IMG/VR virus record: IMGVR_UViG_3300029199_000006
Location: 1-55,329 of that record
Origin: a virus
Taxonomy: Duplodnaviria; Caudoviricetes
Strand: one strand, 5' to 3'
DNA: 55,329 bases
Position 1 is the stretch's first letter, and each line of letters starts with the position of its first letter. Below, piece after piece: positions 47,204 through 55,329 of the stretch. A program made the translations under genes and the position numbers. The notes under the pieces were generated by a model. The model was not told the DNA's origin. It saw only the letters and a program-made list of their open reading frames with translations, and did not search any database.

Positions 47204-47496
47204 ATAAACCAAACGGAACCCATTGCCAGCATTCCCGCCTTGGCTGCCTGTTTCATTTCCGCAGGAGTCACCAACTCATCTTTTGTTTCGTGGCAGTCGG
47301 CCATGTTCCAGCGGTATTGCTCCACGCCTTCATCCTGCATGGCATCGGCAATAATATACAGGCGCATCCAGCTCTTTTCATCGCCGTCAAACCAAAGCTC
47401 CTTGTCGCCTCGCATAACTTTGACAACGATTTGATTGACCTTTCTTTCTCTGACCACTTTCTTTTCTTCAATTGGTGCTTCGTAGTTGATTATCAT
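47200..47496 (-). CDS. DUF4376-like tail-fibre-associated protein
   Basis: FDGDEKS..RL...W.MAD...VT.AEMKQA; stop codon supplied by the IS end. Confidence 0.65.
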   Translation of the reverse strand: MIINYEAPIEEKKVVRERKVNQIVVKVMRGDKELWFDGDEKSWMRLYIIADAMQDEGVEQYRWNMADCHETKDELVTPAEMKQAAKAGMLAMGSVWFI

Positions 47497-47882
47497 TCCA
47501 CAGCCTCCACGGTAAAGAATGCGTCCAGATGCGGCCAAGCTTCCACCTTCACTTCATAGGTTCCCGGCAAATCCGCCGTGAAGCCGAAGCTGCCATCAGT
47601 GACTTCGTATTGTTGATTCTTGAAAGTTATGGCGCAAGGTTTCGGCAGATTGCTGATTATGGCCGTGTCCATCTTGTCGGCGGTGATGGTGGTCTTGTTG
47701 ATAGTGCAGGGCATGGTCGGGCGGTTCACAATCAAACCGCCATCAACATAGTGAATTAAGTCGTCAGAATGCCCACCTACCCAAGACTCTCCTTCTTGCA
47801 CTTGGTCTTGAGCAACGCCAAATGGAGCTATAATTACTCGATTTATCTTACCGCTTCTTGGATCGAATATTGTAATATTCAT
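47493..47882 (-). CDS. Tail-fibre-associated hypothetical protein
   Basis: Follows the fibre gene; Ig-like C-terminus PGTYEVKVEAWP. Confidence 0.65.
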   Translation of the reverse strand: MNITIFDPRSGKINRVIIAPFGVAQDQVQEGESWVGGHSDDLIHYVDGGLIVNRPTMPCTINKTTITADKMDTAIISNLPKPCAITFKNQQYEVTDGSFGFTADLPGTYEVKVEAWPHLDAFFTVEAVE

Positions 47883-50176
47883 CGTTTCATTCCTATAAGG
47901 CCTAAGTATCTATAAAAAGCATTCTTATTTGCAGTTAAATAAGACGTTGTGTTGAGCCTAAGCTGCAAATACACGGTTACTGATCCTGCCGGAAAAATCA
48001 TGGTGCTAAAGGAAACTGCCCCCCTTAGTGTTGCAGTTGAAGACCCGAATTGTCTCTCTACCATATACTCTGGAATGATTTCGGTTCCTGTGCTGTAAAC
48101 CAAACGGCAGTACAGTTCTCCGGTGACATACCCAGTCGAAGACCATGAAATATAGTAAGCAGACGCATAGTCAATGCTGACAGGCTGGCCGAGAGCATTA
48201 ATGGTGGCTTGTTGTATAGTAACCCAAGATGTTCCTAATGCTATATTGCCGGCTGTATATGCGCCAACCGGCACCGTGACCGCGTTCGGACCAATCTTCA
48301 GCGTCGTTACCGCTGCATTCCCCAACAACGCTTCACCAATGGCCGCATTCTCAAAATAACTGCTGATGTTGGCAACGGTAAATCCATTAAGGGTTGACAG
48401 AGAACCGAGCCCGGTAACCGCCGTTGAGGGAACGCCTCCACCGGCACTGACAATGGTATTCCCCGCTGCATCAAAGATTTCAATAGCCCAGTCAGTGCCG
48501 ATTTTCCCGAGCCGCACCCGCACCCGATTCCCGTCACTGACAGTAATCTGCTCATTGGTCCCGTCGATATGGATCCGGCTGGAAGCACCCACAAAAACAT
48601 TGGACACGGAGATAACCCCGGCCAGTATCTTCGACGCCGACAGTTGAAACGCTACCGACGCTTCATCGGCGACAATCTTCTGCCCGACGAAGTTGGTCGC
48701 GGTCAGGTTCTTTACCAAGGCGGTATCCATGTATACCGAGCCATCCTGCACCACAAACGGGATCATCGCCTTGGCACAGCGCAAACCGGGAAAGCCTTCC
48801 GCTACCGTTGCTGGTGTTACCGGAGTGCCCGTGATGGTGTAGGTAAACTGCGTGGTACTGAGCACCGTTGCTACCTGATGCCCGCCGTTATATTCCCGCT
48901 GATCCGCCCCGGTCATCACAACCCGGTCCGATACCGCCAATCCGTGTGCGGTACTGGTGGTTACGGTAACTGTCGAACCGGAGCGGGTAATCGAACTGAC
49001 AGTCCGCACGTCCGCTGCCGGATTGATAATGGCAAACCGATCGACTAAAGCTAGGAACTCGCTGAACGGTACTCCGTTGATCGGCTCAGAGGCCAGTCCA
49101 TAGCCCGAGGGAAAGCCGTTGTTATCGATCTTGGTCGTAATCTGCGCTTCCAGCCCGTCCACACTGGTCTGTTGGGTTTGAATGCTGGTGGTGTTATCCC
49201 CCACGGTGGTCTGCAAAGTCGAGACGTTTTGTGCGATGGTGCTGTCTGCGTCAGCTCTTGCCGTGGCTTCGTTCTGTACCGCACTATGGGCTGCTGACAG
49301 GCCCGTGGCGGGGTCGTTAATCGTTGACGTAACCGTGGTGATGTCCTGCGCCAGTGCGCTATCCGCATTGGTTCTGGCCTGCGATTCCGACACCACCGCT
49401 GAATGTGCGGCAGCCAAACCAGTAACGGGGTCAGCTACTTCGGCCTGCACCAAATCCAGGCTTTCCGCCAGCGCCCCGTCTGCGGTTTGCCGCGCCTGGG
49501 CTTCCGACGCCACCGCCGTGCCTCGATCTAGTATCTCCTGCGCCAGACCATCAACCAGCCCGGTTCCCGGAGTATCAATCAAATCAATCCGGTCGTTCAA
49601 AACGCTATACAACTGGCTTTCAGTAATCTGCTCCTGTAGCAAGCTCAGCACATAGCCGGGGTCGGTCGCCGTGGAGCCCGGTGTGCCTTCCACGGCGTTG
49701 AAGGCCCCGACGTCCCCGTTCTTGTTGACGTGACGGCCCCAATAATAATAGGTTTCCGACGCCAGACTGGAAGGCAGGGTATCGTCGGTCCAGAGATAAA
49801 AGGCTTCGCGGCCCACCTCCACCGCCTGCCCCAAGTCGTTGACCTGCGCCCGCCAGATTTCCGTATAAGCATGGCCCAGATAACTCGGCGGCAGCCACTT
49901 GGCCATGATCGCCGAAAAAGCCCCGATAATCTCCAATCCCTGCAAGGTTTCCGGCGCCTCGATCACTTCCGTGGTGCCGTCCCCGGTGCTGCCGCTCGGG
50001 CTTTGCGAGATGCTATCCACCACGCTGGACACCTGTTTCGAGATTTCCACCACCTGCGCCTGCACAGCGGTCAGACCGGTTACAGCCGCCCGCACCGCCA
50101 GGGAGAACTCGCGCAACTCTGCCGGGGTCGGCTTGGCGGATAAAGGTTTGATCTGCGGAAACAATGCCTGGGTCAT
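47879..50176 (-). CDS. Tail fibre / host-specificity (J-like) protein
   Basis: FN3-like YTEIWRA..NDL...YYYW, coiled-coil repeats E..AR..ADSALA, K.D.NG..SGYGL...DRFAI and PFVV..G.VYMD.A (DUF1983-like). Confidence 0.8.
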   Translation of the reverse strand: MTQALFPQIKPLSAKPTPAELREFSLAVRAAVTGLTAVQAQVVEISKQVSSVVDSISQSPSGSTGDGTTEVIEAPETLQGLEIIGAFSAIMAKWLPPSYLGHAYTEIWRAQVNDLGQAVEVGREAFYLWTDDTLPSSLASETYYYWGRHVNKNGDVGAFNAVEGTPGSTATDPGYVLSLLQEQITESQLYSVLNDRIDLIDTPGTGLVDGLAQEILDRGTAVASEAQARQTADGALAESLDLVQAEVADPVTGLAAAHSAVVSESQARTNADSALAQDITTVTSTINDPATGLSAAHSAVQNEATARADADSTIAQNVSTLQTTVGDNTTSIQTQQTSVDGLEAQITTKIDNNGFPSGYGLASEPINGVPFSEFLALVDRFAIINPAADVRTVSSITRSGSTVTVTTSTAHGLAVSDRVVMTGADQREYNGGHQVATVLSTTQFTYTITGTPVTPATVAEGFPGLRCAKAMIPFVVQDGSVYMDTALVKNLTATNFVGQKIVADEASVAFQLSASKILAGVISVSNVFVGASSRIHIDGTNEQITVSDGNRVRVRLGKIGTDWAIEIFDAAGNTIVSAGGGVPSTAVTGLGSLSTLNGFTVANISSYFENAAIGEALLGNAAVTTLKIGPNAVTVPVGAYTAGNIALGTSWVTIQQATINALGQPVSIDYASAYYISWSSTGYVTGELYCRLVYSTGTEIIPEYMVERQFGSSTATLRGAVSFSTMIFPAGSVTVYLQLRLNTTSYLTANKNAFYRYLGLIGMKR

Positions 50177-52581
50177 ACGTTCCTCAACTCGGCCATGGTT
50201 TCGGCCAGCACAAGGGTTTCAATCTCGCCTGCGGCGCTTCCGGCCACTTCAATCTCTATCGTTTCGGTCACATACCCGCCCGGCAAGCGGAAGGGTTTGG
50301 CGTTGGCCACCGTCACGGTACGGCTTACCGTCTTGCCGCTGGCCACCAGCCGTCCACCAGAGGCCGCAGCAATGGCGGTCGCCGTGGCGTCACTGCCAAA
50401 GGTTGCAACCATCTTGAAAGTGAAGGGGTAGGCGGTCGCCTTGAGCTGTCCCACGCCAAAGCAAACCGGGTACGGCAGATCGTGGCGCTTGCCCTTGCGG
50501 GTCAAGGATAGATTCGCCCCACCTTCCCACTGCACAATGTCATCACCTCGTTGCAGGTAGAGGATGTCGGTCAACAGATCCACATGCACCGCCGTGGCAT
50601 AAATATCGGCAAAGTCCACCGAACCGTCCGTCAGGTTCAGGATCAAACAGCCCTGAGCCGCGCCGTTGTCGTAGAAGGCATAATATTTGCCATCATGGGC
50701 AGCCGAAATGAAGGATGAGGGGTTCAGCGCCTGCCAGTCCTGCCGCCTGAATAGCTGCTGCGTGGCATTCTCGGCCACGCCACTGCCGATAATCATCAGC
50801 CCGTCCGGAGAAGGATAGGCCACCGCGCTGCCCAAGTCCGCCATGCCGCGCCGTGATACACAGGCCTGGTTTATTTCGGTACGGTCCATGGTCATGTAAC
50901 CTGGAATCGCCCCGGTCGCCACATAGGGAACGCCCTTGGTCGTGACCAGCACCGACGAGCCGAACACCTCCAGCCCGACAATTTCAAAATCCGTCGGCAG
51001 CCGGTAGCGGGTCGGCCAGGCATGGCACTGAAACGGTTCGCTAAAACAAACGTTCTTGCCGGAGAAGCCCACCAATACCCCGTTGGGCATGGCCCGGACC
51101 CCCTTTAAATCGTCGGGCGGAGCGGTATAGTCTTCGGTCTTCAACAGTTCGTTGGAGCCCACCACCGAGGGCAGGGCATTGTCCGTGTAACTGGAGGCCG
51201 CCACCGCCACCTCAGCGACGAAATGAAAGGCGCTGTCGCCCGCCGTGTTTAATCGGTAAATCCGCCGATGGGTAATGTTGTAGGCCCCGGCAGGAATGGA
51301 GCTGAGCTGAGACACCAGAACCCCTTGGCCGTTGGAGAAATCCACATCCACCAAAGCAGAGGCAGAGGATGGCGGACCTTCTTCGTCGATCCCCGACCAG
51401 CGCCGGACAAAGGTTTCCACATAGGCGGTTGTGGTCAGGCCGTCACCATCTTTGGGGTCGGCCCCCGGTTCCCATCGGGTCAGTCGGGTATAGGTTCCGG
51501 ACGTGAACGCCCCGTAAAGCGTCGAATCCACATCCACGCCGTCCAGGCTTTGCAGGGTGAAGTTGTTGGCGTCCACTTTCACGATCTGGCCAATCCAACT
51601 GTCCAGCTCCGTCATTCCCGTCGGCATGGCCAGCGATACCCGCTCGCCTGTCAACAGACCATGGGCCGTGCGGGTAATCTTTGCCGGGTTGGCGTTGGTT
51701 AGGCTGGTAATGGCGACCGGGCTGTAGGCAATAGAGCGCTGCAGCAGTTCAAAGTTGCCCGAGGTGAACGTAGCGTAGCCGGTGCTATCTACCCCGTTGA
51801 GGGTGAAGCGGTTGGCATCTACACGGGTAATGGTCGCCTGAGTGTTGTGCAACTGCGTCATGCCGTTAATCGACAGGTGAACTGTATCGCCGGTTTGCAG
51901 CCCGTGACCGGCTGAATAAGCACTGGCCGGGTTGGCCTTGCTGATACCGGTAATCGCGGCCATGCGCAGTGAGGCCAGCCCTGAGACAAACAGGCTGTCG
52001 GCATCCCGCACCGTCAGGCAAAACCTCTGCCCGTCCAGCGCCGTTACGCCTGTGCCGTAGATTCCGCCGTAATATGTCAGGTTCGAGGCCAGACCATGCC
52101 CGGCCAGGGTAATCCAGACGGTTCTGTCCGTTGACCAGTTCACCGCTGTGATTGGTTTCGGCAGCACCCCGGCCACACTCACCACGGTAACGGTCGGCTC
52201 ACTGACTGGCGCCGGCAACCCGAGCAGATAACTGTTGTTCGGGTACAGCACTCCGCCGCCCGCCGTGGCAATCGAGGCGTCCGTCACCTTCGGCACCCCG
52301 TCGCCGGTAAACACCGTGCGTTCCTGGGTATCGTTGGGAATCGGCGCCCGCACCACATCCACCTCATCCAGCCAGTGAAACCAGAAGGTTTTGGCGAACA
52401 GGTGAATACTTTTCTTGGTCCCGACCTTGGCGGGGGTTGCCACTACCGCCGTGTCTTTCAGCGGACGCAGATTGCCGTTGTCATGCACGGCGTTGTGCGA
52501 TACCTGAGCCGCGCCTTCGGGCAGGTATTGCGGAGCTATGGCCGGGATCTGGCCCCGGAAGGCGTTTTCTCGTATCAGCAT
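50173..52581 (-). CDS. Tail tube/stabilisation (nozzle-like) protein
   Basis: F.G..P.I.P..LPE.AAQ, EEGPPS, FSEPF..HAWP..Y, QACVS.R, YPSPDGL. Confidence 0.78.
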   Translation of the reverse strand: MLIRENAFRGQIPAIAPQYLPEGAAQVSHNAVHDNGNLRPLKDTAVVATPAKVGTKKSIHLFAKTFWFHWLDEVDVVRAPIPNDTQERTVFTGDGVPKVTDASIATAGGGVLYPNNSYLLGLPAPVSEPTVTVVSVAGVLPKPITAVNWSTDRTVWITLAGHGLASNLTYYGGIYGTGVTALDGQRFCLTVRDADSLFVSGLASLRMAAITGISKANPASAYSAGHGLQTGDTVHLSINGMTQLHNTQATITRVDANRFTLNGVDSTGYATFTSGNFELLQRSIAYSPVAITSLTNANPAKITRTAHGLLTGERVSLAMPTGMTELDSWIGQIVKVDANNFTLQSLDGVDVDSTLYGAFTSGTYTRLTRWEPGADPKDGDGLTTTAYVETFVRRWSGIDEEGPPSSASALVDVDFSNGQGVLVSQLSSIPAGAYNITHRRIYRLNTAGDSAFHFVAEVAVAASSYTDNALPSVVGSNELLKTEDYTAPPDDLKGVRAMPNGVLVGFSGKNVCFSEPFQCHAWPTRYRLPTDFEIVGLEVFGSSVLVTTKGVPYVATGAIPGYMTMDRTEINQACVSRRGMADLGSAVAYPSPDGLMIIGSGVAENATQQLFRRQDWQALNPSSFISAAHDGKYYAFYDNGAAQGCLILNLTDGSVDFADIYATAVHVDLLTDILYLQRGDDIVQWEGGANLSLTRKGKRHDLPYPVCFGVGQLKATAYPFTFKMVATFGSDATATAIAAASGGRLVASGKTVSRTVTVANAKPFRLPGGYVTETIEIEVAGSAAGEIETLVLAETMAELRNV

Positions 52582-52591
52582 GGTGCCATCC

Positions 52592-52924
52592 TTACATGCC
52601 CTGCACAGAGGCCGTAGCGGTGCCGAGTACAAGTGTCACAGACTCGCCAACGCCAAGCTGGCCGACGATGATGAGGTTGTCTGATTCAGCCCGAAGGGGA
52701 TAGGTTTTCGTCGTGTCGCCGTTAAAGTAATAGTATCCGTCTACGGTAGGGTCGATACGCAGAATCATTCTCCCCATAATATCCACATCACCGCCCTCCC
52801 CTTTTTTAAAAACGACTGTGCCGGTCATGGCAGTGTTGACCTGGCTAAATCTCGGATCAGGAACGAATGCCGGCACAGGGGTCCCGATGTAATCACGGAG
52901 CAGTTTTGCGTTCGTTGCGTCCAT
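52592..52924 (-). CDS. Hypothetical structural protein
   Basis: AGGAG SD; beta-rich 110 aa. Confidence 0.65.
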   Translation of the reverse strand: MDATNAKLLRDYIGTPVPAFVPDPRFSQVNTAMTGTVVFKKGEGGDVDIMGRMILRIDPTVDGYYYFNGDTTKTYPLRAESDNLIIVGQLGVGESVTLVLGTATASVQGM

Positions 52925-53056
52925 TGGTTAATCTCCTATTGGTTAGAAATTTGCCAAGCAGTTCCTTCGTTATCCGGATGTAGCAGTCAACCCACCAAAC
53001 GATCCTGCTGAAATAAGCCTTGCGCAAGCGCCTCCTTGCCTGGCTTCGGTCCTTTT

Positions 53057-53485
53057 TCACAACCCCAACATCGTTCTCTGCCCTCTGCCCCAGGCCCTTA
53101 CTTCCTCGATAAACGCCTGATACTCTGCGATCAGGGCCGGTTCGTGCGGTTCCATCGCATATGCGCCGGACAGAGCGCCGACGGCAATGCGCGTCAGATA
53201 CATCTCATCCTCGCTGCAATACTTTTCGCGGATTTTGTCCTGCATCCGTTGATAGATTAGTCTGCACTGTGGGCTTGCGGTTTTAATCTGCTCTCGCAGT
53301 TCGGGGGTCAGGTCTGCCGGCTCCACGGTGATTTGTGGCGGCTGAGGCGGTAGTTCTTCGGGACCGCAAAAATAGACGTAACCGTCCTCAAGTGTGCAGA
53401 GCTCCTGCACCGGTGCTTCTTCGCTTCCCTGGGCGCGGTAAATCGTGTAGGCGTCGGATACGGGCTGGTAGCGGTAGATTGTCAT
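53057..53485 (-). CDS. Hypothetical protein downstream of the DGR RT (tail-assembly-like)
   Basis: AAGGAG SD; IREKY..EDE...EY.AFIEEVR.WGR..R..LGL; overlaps the RT 3' end by 98 bp. Confidence 0.75.
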   Translation of the reverse strand: MTIYRYQPVSDAYTIYRAQGSEEAPVQELCTLEDGYVYFCGPEELPPQPPQITVEPADLTPELREQIKTASPQCRLIYQRMQDKIREKYCSEDEMYLTRIAVGALSGAYAMEPHEPALIAEYQAFIEEVRAWGRGQRTMLGL

Positions 53486-54437
53486 GGGGGATCTCCTTTA
53501 GGTGATCGATCAAGTGCGGCAGGCTGGCGGTGTCCTTGGCGTGGCCGAGCAGGGACGCCACGGCGCGGGCGTTGCCCCGCTTGGCCCTTCGGCGGAACTT
53601 GTAGAGGCTATGCTTGCGGATCAGGCGGTGGCTGCGCCAGGTACGGTAGCCAACAAAATTGACACCATGTTTAACCTTTTGGATGGTCGACTTGGAAAGC
53701 CCCAGCCGGAGATTGTCGGCCAGAAACTCCACTAATCGTTGGCGTAAATCTAGGCACTGCTTACGGGTCAAGCCGAAGAGGATAAAATCATCCACATAGC
53801 GGACATAATATTGGGCCTTGAGCGAGCGCTTAACGTATTGATCCAGGGGGTTAAGATAGACTAGCGCATAGAGCTGGCTGAGTAAATTTCCGATCGGGAT
53901 GCCCACCGGGCCGTCTGCATCGGCAAAACGCATCATGATGTCTGTAAGTTTCCAGTCCTTTATTTTAGACTCGACCAGCAGCCGCAGAATGTTGCGATCG
54001 ATGGAGTAGAAAAACTTGCGGATATCAAGCTTTAGGGTGTAGCTATCCGGGTCGCAGTCTCTTAACGCCTGCTGTGTGTAGGTGCTGGCTTTGTGAGTTC
54101 CGTAACCGATCCGACAGGCGAATGACGTGCTGATGAAGGTTCGGTCGAAGATCGGATAGACTGTGCGATAGATGGCATGCTGCACAACGCGATCGCGAAA
54201 ATGCGGTGCGTGGATCAATCGTGGTTTTGGTTCGCTGACCCAAAAGGTGCGGTAGGGCCTCGGGCGATAAAACCCGCTGTGGATCTCCCAGAAAAGTGCG
54301 TCCAACTCGCCGCCGAGATTGGTTTCGAAATTGAAGCAGGCCCTTTTTTTTCGCTTACCGCTTCGGGCATCGAGATAGGCTTGATACAAATTATCGCGAG
54401 TAAATGTTTTGGCAAATAAGTTGCCGTGGCGTTTCAT
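53388..54437 (-). CDS. DGR reverse transcriptase
   Basis: EPKPRLI.AP.FRDRVVQHA, LKLDIRKFF, GIPIGNLLSQ (DGR-type GxxxSQ), YVRYVDD; start MKRHGNL after GGAGG. Confidence 0.96.
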   Translation of the reverse strand: MKRHGNLFAKTFTRDNLYQAYLDARSGKRKKRACFNFETNLGGELDALFWEIHSGFYRPRPYRTFWVSEPKPRLIHAPHFRDRVVQHAIYRTVYPIFDRTFISTSFACRIGYGTHKASTYTQQALRDCDPDSYTLKLDIRKFFYSIDRNILRLLVESKIKDWKLTDIMMRFADADGPVGIPIGNLLSQLYALVYLNPLDQYVKRSLKAQYYVRYVDDFILFGLTRKQCLDLRQRLVEFLADNLRLGLSKSTIQKVKHGVNFVGYRTWRSHRLIRKHSLYKFRRRAKRGNARAVASLLGHAKDTASLPHLIDHLKEIPHDNLPLPARIRRLHDLPRPGKRRSTGAGALHT

Positions 54438-54560
54438 TTGGCCTCCGGTCTTCGGCTTAAGCCTACCAAAAGGAGGCTGATATTCGATTTCGCGTAACGC
54501 GGGACAGCGCATCCCTGAGACTTCCACTGCACGCATCTAGCGTCTTGAGGATGAAAGTGT

Positions 54561-54675
54561 CAGTCCGCCCGGAACCCGACATTGTTGTTCGAGTTCGTCC
54601 GGTTGTTGTTCCAATTGACCGCCGACACGCCCGCGTTGGAACTAGTGCTCCAACCCGCGCACGAGAGCAGGCACA
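54561..54675 (-). repeat. DGR template repeat (TR)
   Basis: 115 bp, AAC/AAT-rich, between avd and RT; differs from VR only at adenines. Confidence 0.96.
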
Positions 54676-54697
54676 CGCTGAGGCACTGCCCCTTTGG

Positions 54698-55096
54698 TTA
54701 CCACCTATTTTCTTCTTTGATTTTGCGGATCCAGGCACCAATCATCCGCCCCAGTTCGTCAACCAGGTTGCCCAGAGTGGCGAAACGGCGGGCCTCTAAC
54801 TGTTGCGGTGTCTTATTTAAGACGCGGCCGTCCTTGAATCGGAAATATCCCAATTCGTAGGCCAGATAGAGCTGCATCCGCAGCCTTTGATGGGCAATGT
54901 CCAGATTGGTCAGGGTGGTCTTCTTGTGGTAGCGTTTTTCCGCCTCGGTAATATAGTCATACACCTCATAGGCACAATTCCTGATACGGTTGACCAGAGC
55001 GAATTTCTCTGCCCTGGGAAAATGGTTGAGATAGATATTGAGCAGTTTGGCAAACTCAATAAATTTTCGATTCAATTCAACTTCGCCGTCTTTCAT
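54698..55096 (-). CDS. avd: DGR accessory variability determinant
   Basis: Basic four-helix pattern HFPRAEKFAL..RIR...LD.....LR..L.LA.ELGY...ELGRMIGAW; lies between VR and TR. Confidence 0.92.
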   Translation of the reverse strand: MKDGEVELNRKFIEFAKLLNIYLNHFPRAEKFALVNRIRNCAYEVYDYITEAEKRYHKKTTLTNLDIAHQRLRMQLYLAYELGYFRFKDGRVLNKTPQQLEARRFATLGNLVDELGRMIGAWIRKIKEENRW

Positions 55097-55118
55097 TTTG
55101 TTAGGTCCTCGCTATCGC

Positions 55119-55329
55119 TCAGTTCGCAGGGTAACAGGCCGCCCGGAACCCGACAGAGAAGCCCGAGGACGCCCGGCTGTGGAGCCAATAGACCGCCGAC
55201 ACGCCCGCGTAGGAACTAGTGCTCCAACCCGCGCACGAGAGCAGGCACAACTCGTTTCGGACGTACTGATAAAAATAGTCGGCACCGAAAAGGTTGGTGC
55301 CACTGGTTGAGGCCCCGTTGGTGTCCTTC
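55119..55329 (-). CDS. DGR target protein, C-terminal part
   Basis: ...CAGWSTSSYAGVSAVYWLHSRASSGFSVGFRAACYPAN*; terminal GFR motif of CLec-fold targets. Confidence 0.93.
   Translation of the reverse strand, partial: KDTNGASTSGTNLFGADYFYQYVRNELCLLSCAGWSTSSYAGVSAVYWLHSRASSGFSVGFRAACYPAN
55135..55249 (-). repeat. DGR variable repeat (VR)
   Basis: Ungapped 115-bp match to TR with 16 mismatches, all at TR adenines. Confidence 0.96.

Noticed and set aside
47879-52581. Second DGR target among the tail genes
   Set aside because: No further VR-like copy noticed by eye; a BLASTN-short search with TR would settle it
53388-54437. RT as a group II intron or retron enzyme
   Set aside because: GxxxSQ motif, avd and an adenine-specific TR/VR pair identify a DGR
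54463-54741. Similar short ORFs at 54463-54741 and 55112-55303 suggesting duplicated genes
   Set aside because: Off-frame translations of TR and VR
55097-55134. DGR hairpin/cruciform downstream of VR
   Set aside because: No convincing perfect stem could be identified by eye
54561-55249. TR/VR or IS hairpins as a CRISPR array
   Set aside because: No regularly spaced repeat-spacer series and no cas genes
55221-55329. 109-bp end repeat as a biological terminal repeat
   Set aside because: It falls mid-gene inside the VR and is best explained as assembler overlap on a circular contig

Overview
Essentially complete, circularly assembled ~55.2-kb tailed-phage genome (bases 1-109 = 55221-55329) with podovirus-like architecture: P22-type portal, N4-gp56-family capsid, adaptor, tail and ejection proteins. 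Spanins imply a Gram-negative host, and almost all genes are on the - strand. Main points: (1) a complete diversity-generating retroelement (RT, Avd, TR, VR) whose 534-aa target gene spans the contig junction and is missing from the ORF track; (2) a major capsid gene split by a group I intron carrying an HNH endonuclease; (3) three different IS200/IS605 TnpB elements plus a 46-bp fused left/right-end scar lying where the integrase and probably the repressor have been deleted; (4) a 3354-aa polyvalent virion protein with an adenine methyltransferase domain; (5) unannotated candidate RNA-level regulation: a CsrA-like micro-ORF with GGA-loop hairpins in the capsid leader, a CCC-N4-CGGTG-N9-CCCG motif tied to three late leader terminators, and a C4-like antisense cassette ahead of the replication genes. 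Family assignments come from motifs recognised by eye; no database searches were run.
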